Assembly (NCBI GenBank): GCA_963727445.1
Contig: CAVSGI010000012.1
Location: 285,515-349,514, forward strand
Length of the DNA stretch: 64,000 nt
Origin: an uncultured delta proteobacterium
GTDB lineage: Bacteria; Myxococcota_A; Polyangia; Polyangiales; B10-G4
Reading direction: 5' to 3'
Shown: positions 1 to 8,824 of the stretch, one piece after another
Numbering within the stretch: position 1 is the stretch's first letter
How the letters are laid out: each line of letters starts with the position of its first letter
Made by a program: the position numbers and the translations under genes
Notes under the pieces: model-generated
Databases searched by the model: none
What the model was told of the DNA's origin: nothing
What the model saw: only the letters and a program-made list of their open reading frames with translations

Positions 1-2447
1 CAATGCGGCTCGCCTCCGCCGACCACCGCCGGGCGCGTGGCCGCGGGCGCACCGCAGACCGCTTCCTCGTAGCGATCGAGGGGCGCGCCTTCGCCGAGGA
101 GGTGTTGGGCGAGGCGGCCGGTGGCGGGTTCCTTTCGCGTCGCGGCGAGGAGCTCGAGGGTGGCGTAGTCGACGTGGGGGGCGGCGAGGGCCGAGAACAA
201 GAGGCCCTGCTGCGTCCACCGTTCGCATCCGTTTGCGCTCGCCACATCCACCAGCTTCTGCGCCCGCGCCGCGAGCTCGGTCTTGCGTCCCAACACCGAG
301 AGCGCGGCGCACACCGTGGCCTCCGCACGGAGCTCGTGCAGCAGGTGCGAGATGCGCACCGCTCGCGAGGAGGCGGTGAGCGCGGTCTCGAGCGCGCCCT
401 CGGCATCGCCCGAGACGAGCCGCTCGCAGGAACGCGCGATGAGCGCGTGCGCTTCGGCGTAGGCCGAGGTGGCGAGCTCGCCCAGGGGCTCGCCTCTTCG
501 CGCCAGGGTCTCCGCCACGGCGACGCGCAGCAGATCCCCCTCGATGCCCGGCGGCTTCCGCACCGCGCTCAGCGCGCCGATCGACGGGTGCGTGCCCGTC
601 ATCAGGGCGAGGTCGAGCTCGAGGGCTCGGAGCTCTGCTGCGTTGGTCCGTGCGTCGTACCCATCCGCTTCGGCGCGCGCCGCGTCGAGGCGCGACTCGA
701 GGCCGTCCACCTCGCCGCGCAGAAGCTTCAGCCGAACCTCCTGCGCCACGATCGGCGGCCTCAGGATGGAGGGGGATCGCGTGTAGGGCTCGAGCCTGGC
801 GAGGGTCGCAGCCGCCCCCGCCACGTCGCCGAGGTCGATCGACGCGGCTGCACGGGCCAGCACCAACCGCCGTTCCACTCGTAGAGCGGTGGTCAGACGC
901 GGGAACGTCGCGGCGATCAACGCCAGCACCTCACCGGATCGACCCAGCGCCCGGAGCGATTCCACCACGTCCGCGACCGCCTCCATCTCCTCCACGCCGC
1001 TCCGCGTTCCGAGGGCGCGCGCGACGTCGATGGGGTCGGCGCTCGGGCGCCCGAGGAGAACCTCGGCGCGATTCCACAGCGCGTAGAGCCGAACGTCGCG
1101 GTTGCGATCCACATCGGCCGCCCTCAGGGTCTCGAGCGCTTCCTCGGGACGACCGCGCAGCAGCTGGCTCCGCAAGAACCACAACCACTCGTCGATCTCC
1201 GCCGACGCGGCGGGCGGCTCTTCGCTCAGCGCGCGCAGGTTGCCTCGCGCATAGAGCGCGCGGGCGCGCGTGACGCCGCTGGCCGAGAGGCCGGTCTCGG
1301 TGACGCGATGAAGCGCCGTCGGATTGCCGAGGTGCGCAGCGCAGCGCGTTCGGCACGACTCGAGCGCCGGCTCCTCCCGGTGCTCGAGGAGGCGCCAGAG
1401 GCTGGTTCCATATCCCTCCGCGAGAAGCGCCGAGAGCCTGCTCTCCAGGGTCGGCGCGACGCTCGCGACGTCGCCGGCCTCGAGGCTGAGGCGCATGCCT
1501 TCGACGAAGAGCTCGGGGGAGGGCGACGCGATCAGGGCCTTGGCCAGCGCGGCTCGCTCCGGAAGCGTCTCCGCGTGGCGTCGCTGTCGGCGGACGACGT
1601 CGTGAAGGAGGAGCCCCGCCGGGCTCTGAAGCAGGAGCCCATAGCGCTTCAGGCGCGCCATGGATGGCTCGGAGGGGAGCGGGATCACGGACCCGAGCAG
1701 CTCGAGAGGGACGGCGACGCGCAGGATGGAGAGCACGCGCAGGAGCGGCTCGGCGTCCGGGGGCAGGGCGGGCGTGGCCTTCTGCCTCGTGTCACCGAAG
1801 AGGGCCAGGCGAAGGGCGCCCGGGGAGCCGTGGGCTTCGGAGACCGCGCGCGCCACCGTGCCTCGCGGGCGTTCGGAGGAGACCTTCGTCGCGATGCGCG
1901 CCATGACGTCGTCGGGGAGCGCGCCGAGGCCGAGGCAGAAGAGTCGCTCGTCGTCCCGGGGGCGTTCGAGCATCAGGGCGATCCACCGGCTGCCCTTCGC
2001 GTAGCGGGCGAGCAGATTCAGGAGCCCTTCGGTCTCGGCGCGGTTCGCGTTCTCGAGGTCGTCTACGACCACGCGCAGGCCACGTTCCTCGGCGAGGTCG
2101 AGGAGCGCCTCGACGCGCGCATCGGCGCTCTCGTGCAGAGCCGGCCAATCGATCTCCATCTCGAGGCCGGTCGCGTTACCGAGGGCGCGCACGAGAGCCG
2201 TCGTGAGCTCTTCGTCGCCGGTCCCGGGCGCGATCGAGACGTAGACCGCGCGTGGCAGATCCGGCGCGAGAGGGCCGTGCATCAATGCGAGGGCGAGGCT
2301 GGTCTTGCCGATGCCCGAAGGCCCGAAGAGAGCGACCACCGGTGAGCGCTCGACGGCGGCGACGAGCTGGTCCACTTCGCGCTCCCGGCCTTCGAAACAG
2401 CCGGGAGGGTTCGGGACTCGGTAGGAAAGTGGGATCCGGCGGGCCAC
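1..2447 (-). CDS. STAND/NB-ARC-like ATPase with helical (TPR-like) region, probable transcriptional regulator; truncated at the left window edge
   Basis: Hand-translated (absent from the ORF track because it runs off the edge). GTG at 2447 follows an in-frame TAA. It reads ...PNPPGCFEGREREVDQL..., with Walker A GPSGIGKT and Walker B VVVDDLEN. The + ORFs 3..884 and 1308..2345 are its antisense shadows. Confidence 0.75.
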   Translation of the reverse strand, partial: MARRIPLSYRVPNPPGCFEGREREVDQLVAAVERSPVVALFGPSGIGKTSLALALMHGPLAPDLPRAVYVSIAPGTGDEELTTALVRALGNATGLEMEIDWPALHESADARVEALLDLAEERGLRVVVDDLENANRAETEGLLNLLARYAKGSRWIALMLERPRDDERLFCLGLGALPDDVMARIATKVSSERPRGTVARAVSEAHGSPGALRLALFGDTRQKATPALPPDAEPLLRVLSILRVAVPLELLGSVIPLPSEPSMARLKRYGLLLQSPAGLLLHDVVRRQRRHAETLPERAALAKALIASPSPELFVEGMRLSLEAGDVASVAPTLESRLSALLAEGYGTSLWRLLEHREEPALESCRTRCAAHLGNPTALHRVTETGLSASGVTRARALYARGNLRALSEEPPAASAEIDEWLWFLRSQLLRGRPEEALETLRAADVDRNRDVRLYALWNRAEVLLGRPSADPIDVARALGTRSGVEEMEAVADVVESLRALGRSGEVLALIAATFPRLTTALRVERRLVLARAAASIDLGDVAGAAATLARLEPYTRSPSILRPPIVAQEVRLKLLRGEVDGLESRLDAARAEADGYDARTNAAELRALELDLALMTGTHPSIGALSAVRKPPGIEGDLLRVAVAETLARRGEPLGELATSAYAEAHALIARSCERLVSGDAEGALETALTASSRAVRISHLLHELRAEATVCAALSVLGRKTELAARAQKLVDVASANGCERWTQQGLLFSALAAPHVDYATLELLAATRKEPATGRLAQHLLGEGAPLDRYEEAVCGAPAATRPAVVGGGEPH

Positions 2448-2523
2448 GCCTTAACAGGTAACGCCCGCGCCTCGTCCGGCAACGAGGAAGAACCGCGCCA
2501 GAAAGCTCAATCCTCGCGCGCGC

Positions 2524-3078
2524 CTAGGGTGAGATGCCGAGCGCGGTCTCCGCCGATCGGAGGTTTTCGCACGACGCAGGAAAGTCGCCGCTGATCGACA
2601 TGAAGGAGCCGAAGTCCGTGCAGCTCGCTGCCTGGATGTCGGTGATGCATGTGGTGAGCTCGGCCGGTATCAGGCCGGGATCGCCGATGTCCTCGTTGCA
2701 ATCGCCGCGCAACGCCATGGTGCAATCCTCGAGGGTGCCGAAGCCCCGCGCTTCGGCCTCCATCGCGCCCAGGCAGAAGAGGATCTGCTTGCAGACGCCG
2801 TCCGCCAGGCAGAGGCATTGATCGCCTTTCACGATGTCGCCCATGGTGCAGGCGAAGGTCGGCCCGCCGGCGTCGGCGCTGCCATCGGCGCTTCCGTCGC
2901 TCGTCGCATCCGCTGCGCCGTCGCTCGCTGCGTCCATCGCGCCGTCGCGGGTCGCGCTGTCGCCGGTGGCGCTGTCGCGGGTCGCGCTGTCGATACTGCC
3001 GTCGATCACCCGCCCGTCGTCGCCGCATCCGACGAGCGTGAGAGAAAGCGCACAGAGAGCGAGGAGAGTCGTTCGCAT
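2524..3078 (-). CDS. Cys-rich lipoprotein, hypothetical
   Basis: Signal peptide with lipobox LVGC, a DSATR/DSATG repeat linker and a Cys-rich C-terminal domain. Confidence 0.8.
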   Translation of the reverse strand: MRTTLLALCALSLTLVGCGDDGRVIDGSIDSATRDSATGDSATRDGAMDAASDGAADATSDGSADGSADAGGPTFACTMGDIVKGDQCLCLADGVCKQILFCLGAMEAEARGFGTLEDCTMALRGDCNEDIGDPGLIPAELTTCITDIQAASCTDFGSFMSISGDFPASCENLRSAETALGISP

Positions 3079-3115
3079 GCGGGCTCTATAGCAGCTCCCC
3101 TGTCGAGGTGCCTGC

Positions 3116-5074
3116 TCAGTCGCCTTCGCGCACGGGCCGATAGAAGCCGACCACGACCTCGGGCGCGCGATCCGCGGTCACGCGCATGCGTCCGAATCGG
3201 TGGTTGTCGGTGGGGACCGAGAAGACCTGGACCGGCTCGAAGTGAAGGTGCGCGCGAGCGCGCGAGAGCAGGGGGCGTTCGGCCGGCGCGCCGTGCGCGA
3301 TCTCCGAGGGTAGGAAGGAGAAGAAGCCGGTGCCGAGATAGACCAGTGTGTCCTGCGTCGGCGCCCCCTCGGCGAGCCAGCGGTCGAAGGCGACAATCTC
3401 GGCAGGGCGTCGCCCACGCGCGCGCATCGCCGCCTCGTAGAAGCCGACCGGGAATCGCGCTTCGACCGGGTCGCCCATCCGTCGGACGTGCGGCAGCGGA
3501 GGAAAGTACTCCGGGGGGATCACCAATCGTTCGTGTGGCGGGAGCGCATCCCACGAGGACTCGAGGCCGCGGAGCTCGGCGGCGAGCGGTCGCGGGACGT
3601 GGGTGAAGGTCCAGGCCTCCGTCGCGGTCGCCGTGGTCACCACGAGCGCCAGCGCCAGGACGGCGCCGAGCGCGGGGCGAAAACGGAAAGCAGCGACGAG
3701 GGCGATTGCGGACAGCGCGAGGCTTCCTTGAATCATCGGGTAGACCGAGAGGAAGGGATAGCCCCGGTCTAGGTAGTCCACCGTGGGCAACATGGCGAAG
3801 AAGCCGAGACCGAGCGCCACCCCCACGAAGTTCTTGCGGCGCGCGAGGAACAACAGGCCGGCCGCGGCGAGGAAGGGAACCACCAGGGGCACCGCGCGGG
3901 CATCGAAGAAGGCGTCGCGGAGCCAGATGCTCACGTCCAGGCGCGGCGCCACGCCCGCGGTGTCCGCGACGAAGCCCCAAGCGTGGACGCCGATGAACGC
4001 CCAACCCAGCGCCATGGGCCAAGCCGCCTTCCGCCGTCGGGATCCGAGGGCCGCCCCCGCGCCGACCAGCGCAGCGATGGGCACCGCGCTCACGGTGGTC
4101 GTCCCCGCGAGCCCGACCGCGATGGCCGCGGTGGTCCATCGCGCCAGCCCCCCCTCCTCGGCGGCCCAGAGACAGACCCAGGTCGCGCACCACACGAGTG
4201 CCATCATGAAGGGATACCAGCTGTGCGCGAGCGCCATCCGCATGACGACCGGGTTCGAACCGACGAGCAGGGTGGCGAGCAGGGCGACGTGACCCTTCGC
4301 GTCCCAGCGTGCGAGGAGACGGCGCAACGAGGCGTACTGGAAGACCAGGGAGAGGATGGTGAACGCGAGCGAGAGGCCCCACAGGGTCGCGGAGCGGTAG
4401 GGCAGAACGTTCAAGAGCGGCTCGAGGAGGTGATACGCAGGGGGCAGCCAACCGGGTCGCTCGTGGTCGCAGCAAGGAGAGCGCGCGCAGTCGCTGCGCG
4501 CGGTGAAAGTGAGATGGTCGTGGAGCGGGCCCGGCTCCGCGACGAGCAGCGTGAGCGCCACGAGGCCGAGGAGCAGCAGAACGAAGCGCCGGTCCACATC
4601 GAGGCGCGGGCGTAACCATGCCAGGAGAAGCCCCAGCGCCACGGCCAATGCCCAGGTGGGGCCGTGGTTGACCACCGATTCGCACGCTCCCATCTCGCGC
4701 TCCGCCTCGACCACTTCCCGCCGGTGGACGCGTCGGGGATCGACCCACTCGATCGCGCCTTCCTGCTGTCGAATCGAGGCGAGGAGTGAGTCGCGAAGGG
4801 TGTCGGGCGCGCCTTCTATCGCGAACCGGTCCGTTCTGTCGGCCGAATCCGACCTGGACGGATGGACGAGACGCACCGTGACCGGGGCCGGGCAGAGGTA
4901 GTGAGCGGTGATCGTCGCGTGATCGATGCTGGCGCTTTCGAGCTCGCACGCGTCGACCGAAAGCATTCGAACGACGACCGCCTCCTGGCCGGGGGGCAGG
5001 ACCTGCGCCGCGGCGCCGCTCGCCACGAAAAGCGCCGACGAGACGACCGCGGCTGCGATTGGACGGGATGGCAA
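3116..5074 (-). CDS. Multi-pass membrane protein, possible GT-C-fold glycosyltransferase
   Basis: Signal peptide, periplasmic N-domain, roughly 10 hydrophobic segments and a soluble C-domain; transcribed divergently from the sugar-pathway genes. The GT-C call is an inference. Confidence 0.6.
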   Translation of the reverse strand: MPSRPIAAAVVSSALFVASGAAAQVLPPGQEAVVVRMLSVDACELESASIDHATITAHYLCPAPVTVRLVHPSRSDSADRTDRFAIEGAPDTLRDSLLASIRQQEGAIEWVDPRRVHRREVVEAEREMGACESVVNHGPTWALAVALGLLLAWLRPRLDVDRRFVLLLLGLVALTLLVAEPGPLHDHLTFTARSDCARSPCCDHERPGWLPPAYHLLEPLLNVLPYRSATLWGLSLAFTILSLVFQYASLRRLLARWDAKGHVALLATLLVGSNPVVMRMALAHSWYPFMMALVWCATWVCLWAAEEGGLARWTTAAIAVGLAGTTTVSAVPIAALVGAGAALGSRRRKAAWPMALGWAFIGVHAWGFVADTAGVAPRLDVSIWLRDAFFDARAVPLVVPFLAAAGLLFLARRKNFVGVALGLGFFAMLPTVDYLDRGYPFLSVYPMIQGSLALSAIALVAAFRFRPALGAVLALALVVTTATATEAWTFTHVPRPLAAELRGLESSWDALPPHERLVIPPEYFPPLPHVRRMGDPVEARFPVGFYEAAMRARGRRPAEIVAFDRWLAEGAPTQDTLVYLGTGFFSFLPSEIAHGAPAERPLLSRARAHLHFEPVQVFSVPTDNHRFGRMRVTADRAPEVVVGFYRPVREGD

Positions 5075-5124
5075 GAGGAGGTCTCGGCTTTGCGCCCGTG
5101 GGCACCCGAGCCTACCATCGCGCG

Positions 5125-7029
5125 GTGAGCGACGGTCCAGACGAGAGGATCCCGGTGTATCGTCCTCTCGTCACGGCCGACGACGCGCGCGCGGTGCGCG
5201 AGACCGTACGAGACGGATGGATCTCCGGCGCCGGCCCGGCGGTTGCCGAGCTCGAGCGGCGCTTCGCAGCGTACTGCGGGGCCCACGCCGGCGCGGCTAC
5301 CAGCAGCGGCACCGGCGCCCTCGAGGTCGCGCTGACAGCGTTGGGGATCGGGCCCGGGGACGAGGTCATCTGCCCCTCGCTCACCATCATCTCCTGTGCG
5401 CGCGCGATCCTGGCGGTCGGCGCGACGCCGGTCTTCGTCGACGTCGATCCCGCGAGCTGGGTGCTCGACGTGGACAGAGCTCTCGACGCGATCGGACCTC
5501 GAACGCGCGCCGTCCTCGCCGTGCATCTCTTCGGTAATCCCGTCGCGCTCGGGCGCCTCCTGCCGCTTCGCGACAGGGGAATCCACGTGGTCGAGGATGC
5601 AGCGCAGGCGATCGGCTCCGAGATTTCGGTGGGCGATCGGTGGATGCGCTGCGGCGGCGCCGGTGACCTCGGTGTCTTCAGCTTCTACGCGAACAAGGCG
5701 ATCACCACCGGTGAGGGTGGAATGGTCGTGGGATCGGATGATGCGCTCGTCGAACGAGCCCGGCGCGCAGCGAGTCTATTTTTCGGGAGCGAGGAGCGCT
5801 TCGTCCATGCGGAGCTCGGCCACAACTATCGGATGAACGGCATGGGCGCGGCGCTGGGGCTCTCTCAGCTCGCACGCATCGACGAAATCGTGGCCCGGAA
5901 GCGCGCCGTCGCCCGCGCCTATCGCGAAGCGTTGTCCCTCGTGGGCGGCTTGCGATTTGCCGAGCCGGGCGCCGGTACGCGCCCGGTTCCCTGGATGGCT
6001 GCGGTCGTGGCGGAGGAGATCGAGGCACGCGTGATCATCGAGGACCTCGACGCGCGAGGGATCGAGGCGCGTCCATTCTTCACTGGGATGCATGTGCAGC
6101 CGGCGCTCGTCGGACGTGACGTGGTCGCGCGCGGACGATTCGACGAAACGGAGCGACTCACCCGGCACGGTCTCTATCTGCCGTCTTCGCTGACGTTGAG
6201 CGAGGCCGACGTCTCGCGGGTGGCCAGCGCACTCGCAGGAGCACTGAAGCGAGGCATTCGGCCGGGCCGGCGCTCTTCGAACGGCTGCTTCGGTGCGGAG
6301 TACGCGCGTCGATACGACGCCATCTATGCCGGCAAGCCGTACGAAGCGGAGATTCGGGCGATCGTCTCTGCGCTCTCGCGCTACGGGGACGCTCCCTGTG
6401 CGCGCATCCTCGACCTCGGATGTGGAACCGGGCGGCACGCGGCCGCGCTCGCGTCGGCGGGCATGGCGGTCACGGGAGTCGACCGCTCGCGCGAGATGCT
6501 GGCGCTCGCGGAGGCGCGATGTCGAGGTACACCGGGGGTTCGGCTGTCGCTCGGTGACCTTCGTGAGCTTTCGGTGCAGGGCCCGCCGCACGACGCGGCG
6601 CTCTTGCTCTTCGCCGTGCTCGGGTATCTGGGTGACGACGAGGAGGTCGCGCGTGCGCTCGCTGCGATTCGGCGGCACCTGCGCGCGGGAGCCCTCCTGA
6701 TCGCAGACGTCTGGGACGAAGCCGCCGTGCTCGCAGAGCCGCCATCGCGTCGCGAGGTCCGGTTCGAAAGCGATGGCGACTCATTCGTCCGGCTGGCCGA
6801 TCCCGCACATGATCCCGATCGGAACATCGTCGTCGTGCGCTACCGCATCCGCGACGGGGGAGGGCGGACGATCTGCGACGAGGTGCACCCGATGCGCTAC
6901 TTCGACGAAGCGTCGCTCCGCTCGGTACTCGCGCGAGCCTCGTTCGAACTCGTTCGCTTCGGTGCGTGGCCGGAGCTCGCCGAAGAAGGGCGCAGCTACA
7001 CCTCGTATCTCGTGGCCCGGGCCTCCTGA
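5125..7029 (+). CDS. DegT/DnrJ/EryC1/StrS (perosamine synthase-like) aminotransferase fused to a class I SAM methyltransferase
   Basis: Motifs SSGTGAL, EDAAQA and FSFYANKAITTGEGG (PLP lysine); C-terminal YDAIY...ILDLGCGTGRH SAM-binding motif. Start set at GTG 5125. Confidence 0.9.
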   Translation: MSDGPDERIPVYRPLVTADDARAVRETVRDGWISGAGPAVAELERRFAAYCGAHAGAATSSGTGALEVALTALGIGPGDEVICPSLTIISCARAILAVGATPVFVDVDPASWVLDVDRALDAIGPRTRAVLAVHLFGNPVALGRLLPLRDRGIHVVEDAAQAIGSEISVGDRWMRCGGAGDLGVFSFYANKAITTGEGGMVVGSDDALVERARRAASLFFGSEERFVHAELGHNYRMNGMGAALGLSQLARIDEIVARKRAVARAYREALSLVGGLRFAEPGAGTRPVPWMAAVVAEEIEARVIIEDLDARGIEARPFFTGMHVQPALVGRDVVARGRFDETERLTRHGLYLPSSLTLSEADVSRVASALAGALKRGIRPGRRSSNGCFGAEYARRYDAIYAGKPYEAEIRAIVSALSRYGDAPCARILDLGCGTGRHAAALASAGMAVTGVDRSREMLALAEARCRGTPGVRLSLGDLRELSVQGPPHDAALLLFAVLGYLGDDEEVARALAAIRRHLRAGALLIADVWDEAAVLAEPPSRREVRFESDGDSFVRLADPAHDPDRNIVVVRYRIRDGGGRTICDEVHPMRYFDEASLRSVLARASFELVRFGAWPELAEEGRSYTSYLVARAS

Positions 7030-7787
7030 TGGGCCTCACGCTGATCCTTCCGACCCTGGACGAGGTCGATTCGCTGCGCACGCTCCTGCCGGCGCTGCTC
7101 ACCGAGGTGAGCCAGCTCGTGGAGCTGATCGTGGTGGACGATGGATCGCGTGACGGCACGCGGGAGCTGGTGCGTGAGGCTGCGCGTCGGGATCCGCGCG
7201 TTCAGCTCGTGGCCCGCGAGGGCGCGCCCTCACTGCCCGCGTCGCTCCGCGAGGGCATCGCGCGATCGACCGGTTCCATGATCGGATGGATGGACGCCGA
7301 CGGAACGATGCGCCCCGGCGACGTCGACAAGCTTGTGGATGCGGTCGGCGCGGGCGCCACGCTGGCCATCGGCTCGCGTTTCGTGGCGGGCGGTCGGATC
7401 AAGGGACAGGCGCGAGACGGGCTGTCAGGGCGCCTGCAAGCGCTGCAGCGCGTCTCCGGGACCGGCGACTCGCCCGTCGGAGTGTTGGCCAGCTGGCTGC
7501 TGAACGCAGCCGTTCTTCCATTGCTCGTCGGCGACGGCGTTCACGACTACACGAGCGGCTTCATCGTGGGAGAGCGCGAGGCGATCACTTCACTCGACCT
7601 TCGTGGAGAGCATGGGGCCTATTTCGTCGGCCTCTTCGTTCAGGCGCGCCGGGCGGGGATGCAGGTCGTGGAGGTCCCTTACGCTGCCGAGCCACGTACC
7701 TCCGGACGCTCCAAGGCCGTACGTCGCGTGGCGGACTACCTCGGTCACGCGCGGAGCTATCTCGGGGCGGCGCTCAGCGCGCGGTGA
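7029..7787 (+). CDS. GT2 glycosyltransferase (polyprenol-phosphate/DPM1/ArnC-like)
   Basis: Motifs LILPTLDE, VVDDGSRDGT, MDADG, GSRF and DYTSGF; the ATG overlaps the upstream TGA (TGATG). Confidence 0.88.
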   Translation: MGLTLILPTLDEVDSLRTLLPALLTEVSQLVELIVVDDGSRDGTRELVREAARRDPRVQLVAREGAPSLPASLREGIARSTGSMIGWMDADGTMRPGDVDKLVDAVGAGATLAIGSRFVAGGRIKGQARDGLSGRLQALQRVSGTGDSPVGVLASWLLNAAVLPLLVGDGVHDYTSGFIVGEREAITSLDLRGEHGAYFVGLFVQARRAGMQVVEVPYAAEPRTSGRSKAVRRVADYLGHARSYLGAALSAR

Positions 7788-8754
7788 CGACCCGGTCTTG
7801 CCAGGGCCACCGACAGCCGTGCTCGACGAACCAGCGAACGGTCCGGCGTAGACCGTCGTCGAGGTCGACCTCGGGCCTGAAGCCCGTGCGCTCTCGAAGG
7901 CGCGTCGTGTCCGCCTCGAGGTGCACGATGTCGTGCGGGCGGACCCTCGCTTCGTCGACTACGATGGACACGTCGCGGTCGAAGATCCGGCCGAGCGCCT
8001 GGGCGACCTCACGAACGCTGTGCGTTCTGCCGGAGCCGACGTTCACGGCCGTGCCAGGCTCGATGTCCGACTTCATGATCGCGACCAGCGCGCGCGCGGT
8101 GTCTTCGACGTAGGTGAAGTCACGGCGGGCCTCGAGGTTGCCGAGCCTGAGCGGGCCGCCTGCGTGGAGCTGGGCGATGATCTCCGGGATGACGTAGGGC
8201 TCCGATTCACGGGGCCCATAGGCGTTGAAGAGCCGTGCGGCGACCACCGGGATCCCGTGCTCTTGCTGCAGGGTGAAGCAGAGTCGATCGGCCGCGAGCT
8301 TCGTGACGGCGTACGTGTTCGCGGCGCCGAGCGGGTGGTCTTCGTTCAACGGGCCAGGTGGCGGGTTCCCATACACTTCGGCGGACGAGGCGTAGACGAT
8401 GCGTCCGATGCCGTGATGTCGACACGCCATGAGCAGGTTCAGATGCCCGTCCACGTTGATGCGGAGGAAGCGTTTTGGTACGTCGAAGGCGGTGGGGACG
8501 AAGGTCTCGGCCGCCATGTTGAAGACGAGCTCGGGGCGATAGGCGCGAAATGCTTCGAGCACCGACCACTCGTCGAGGAGGTCGCCGTTGACGACGTCGA
8601 TCGCGTCGCGAACCTCTGCGAGGTTGTCGCGCGCGCCGGTCTGGAAGTTGTCGAAGACGACCACCTTCGCGCCCTGATCGGCCAGCTCCCGCACGAGCTG
8701 GGAGCCTACGAACCCGGCTCCGCCCGCGACCAGGACCCTGCGCCCCTCGACCAT
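7774..8754 (-). CDS. NDP-sugar 4,6-dehydratase/epimerase (extended SDR)
   Basis: GGAGFVG Rossmann motif, SSAEVYG, YAVTK catalytic motif, RLFNAYGP and RDFTYVED. Confidence 0.9.
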   Translation of the reverse strand: MVEGRRVLVAGGAGFVGSQLVRELADQGAKVVVFDNFQTGARDNLAEVRDAIDVVNGDLLDEWSVLEAFRAYRPELVFNMAAETFVPTAFDVPKRFLRINVDGHLNLLMACRHHGIGRIVYASSAEVYGNPPPGPLNEDHPLGAANTYAVTKLAADRLCFTLQQEHGIPVVAARLFNAYGPRESEPYVIPEIIAQLHAGGPLRLGNLEARRDFTYVEDTARALVAIMKSDIEPGTAVNVGSGRTHSVREVAQALGRIFDRDVSIVVDEARVRPHDIVHLEADTTRLRERTGFRPEVDLDDGLRRTVRWFVEHGCRWPWQDRVVTAR

Positions 8755-8824
8755 GGTTGACAGTCTAGCAGGGCAGATGACAAAGCCCCTGAGGCTTTTC
8801 TCGGCTGCCTCGCCAGCAGTCCAC

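Noticed and set aside
3..2345. Long + strand ORFs 3..884 and 1308..2345, and similar long antisense ORFs such as 30794..33520, 41507..43714 and 49938..51932
   Set aside because: Antisense shadows of real genes, caused by high-GC codon bias; Arg/Gly/Ala-rich with no motifs.
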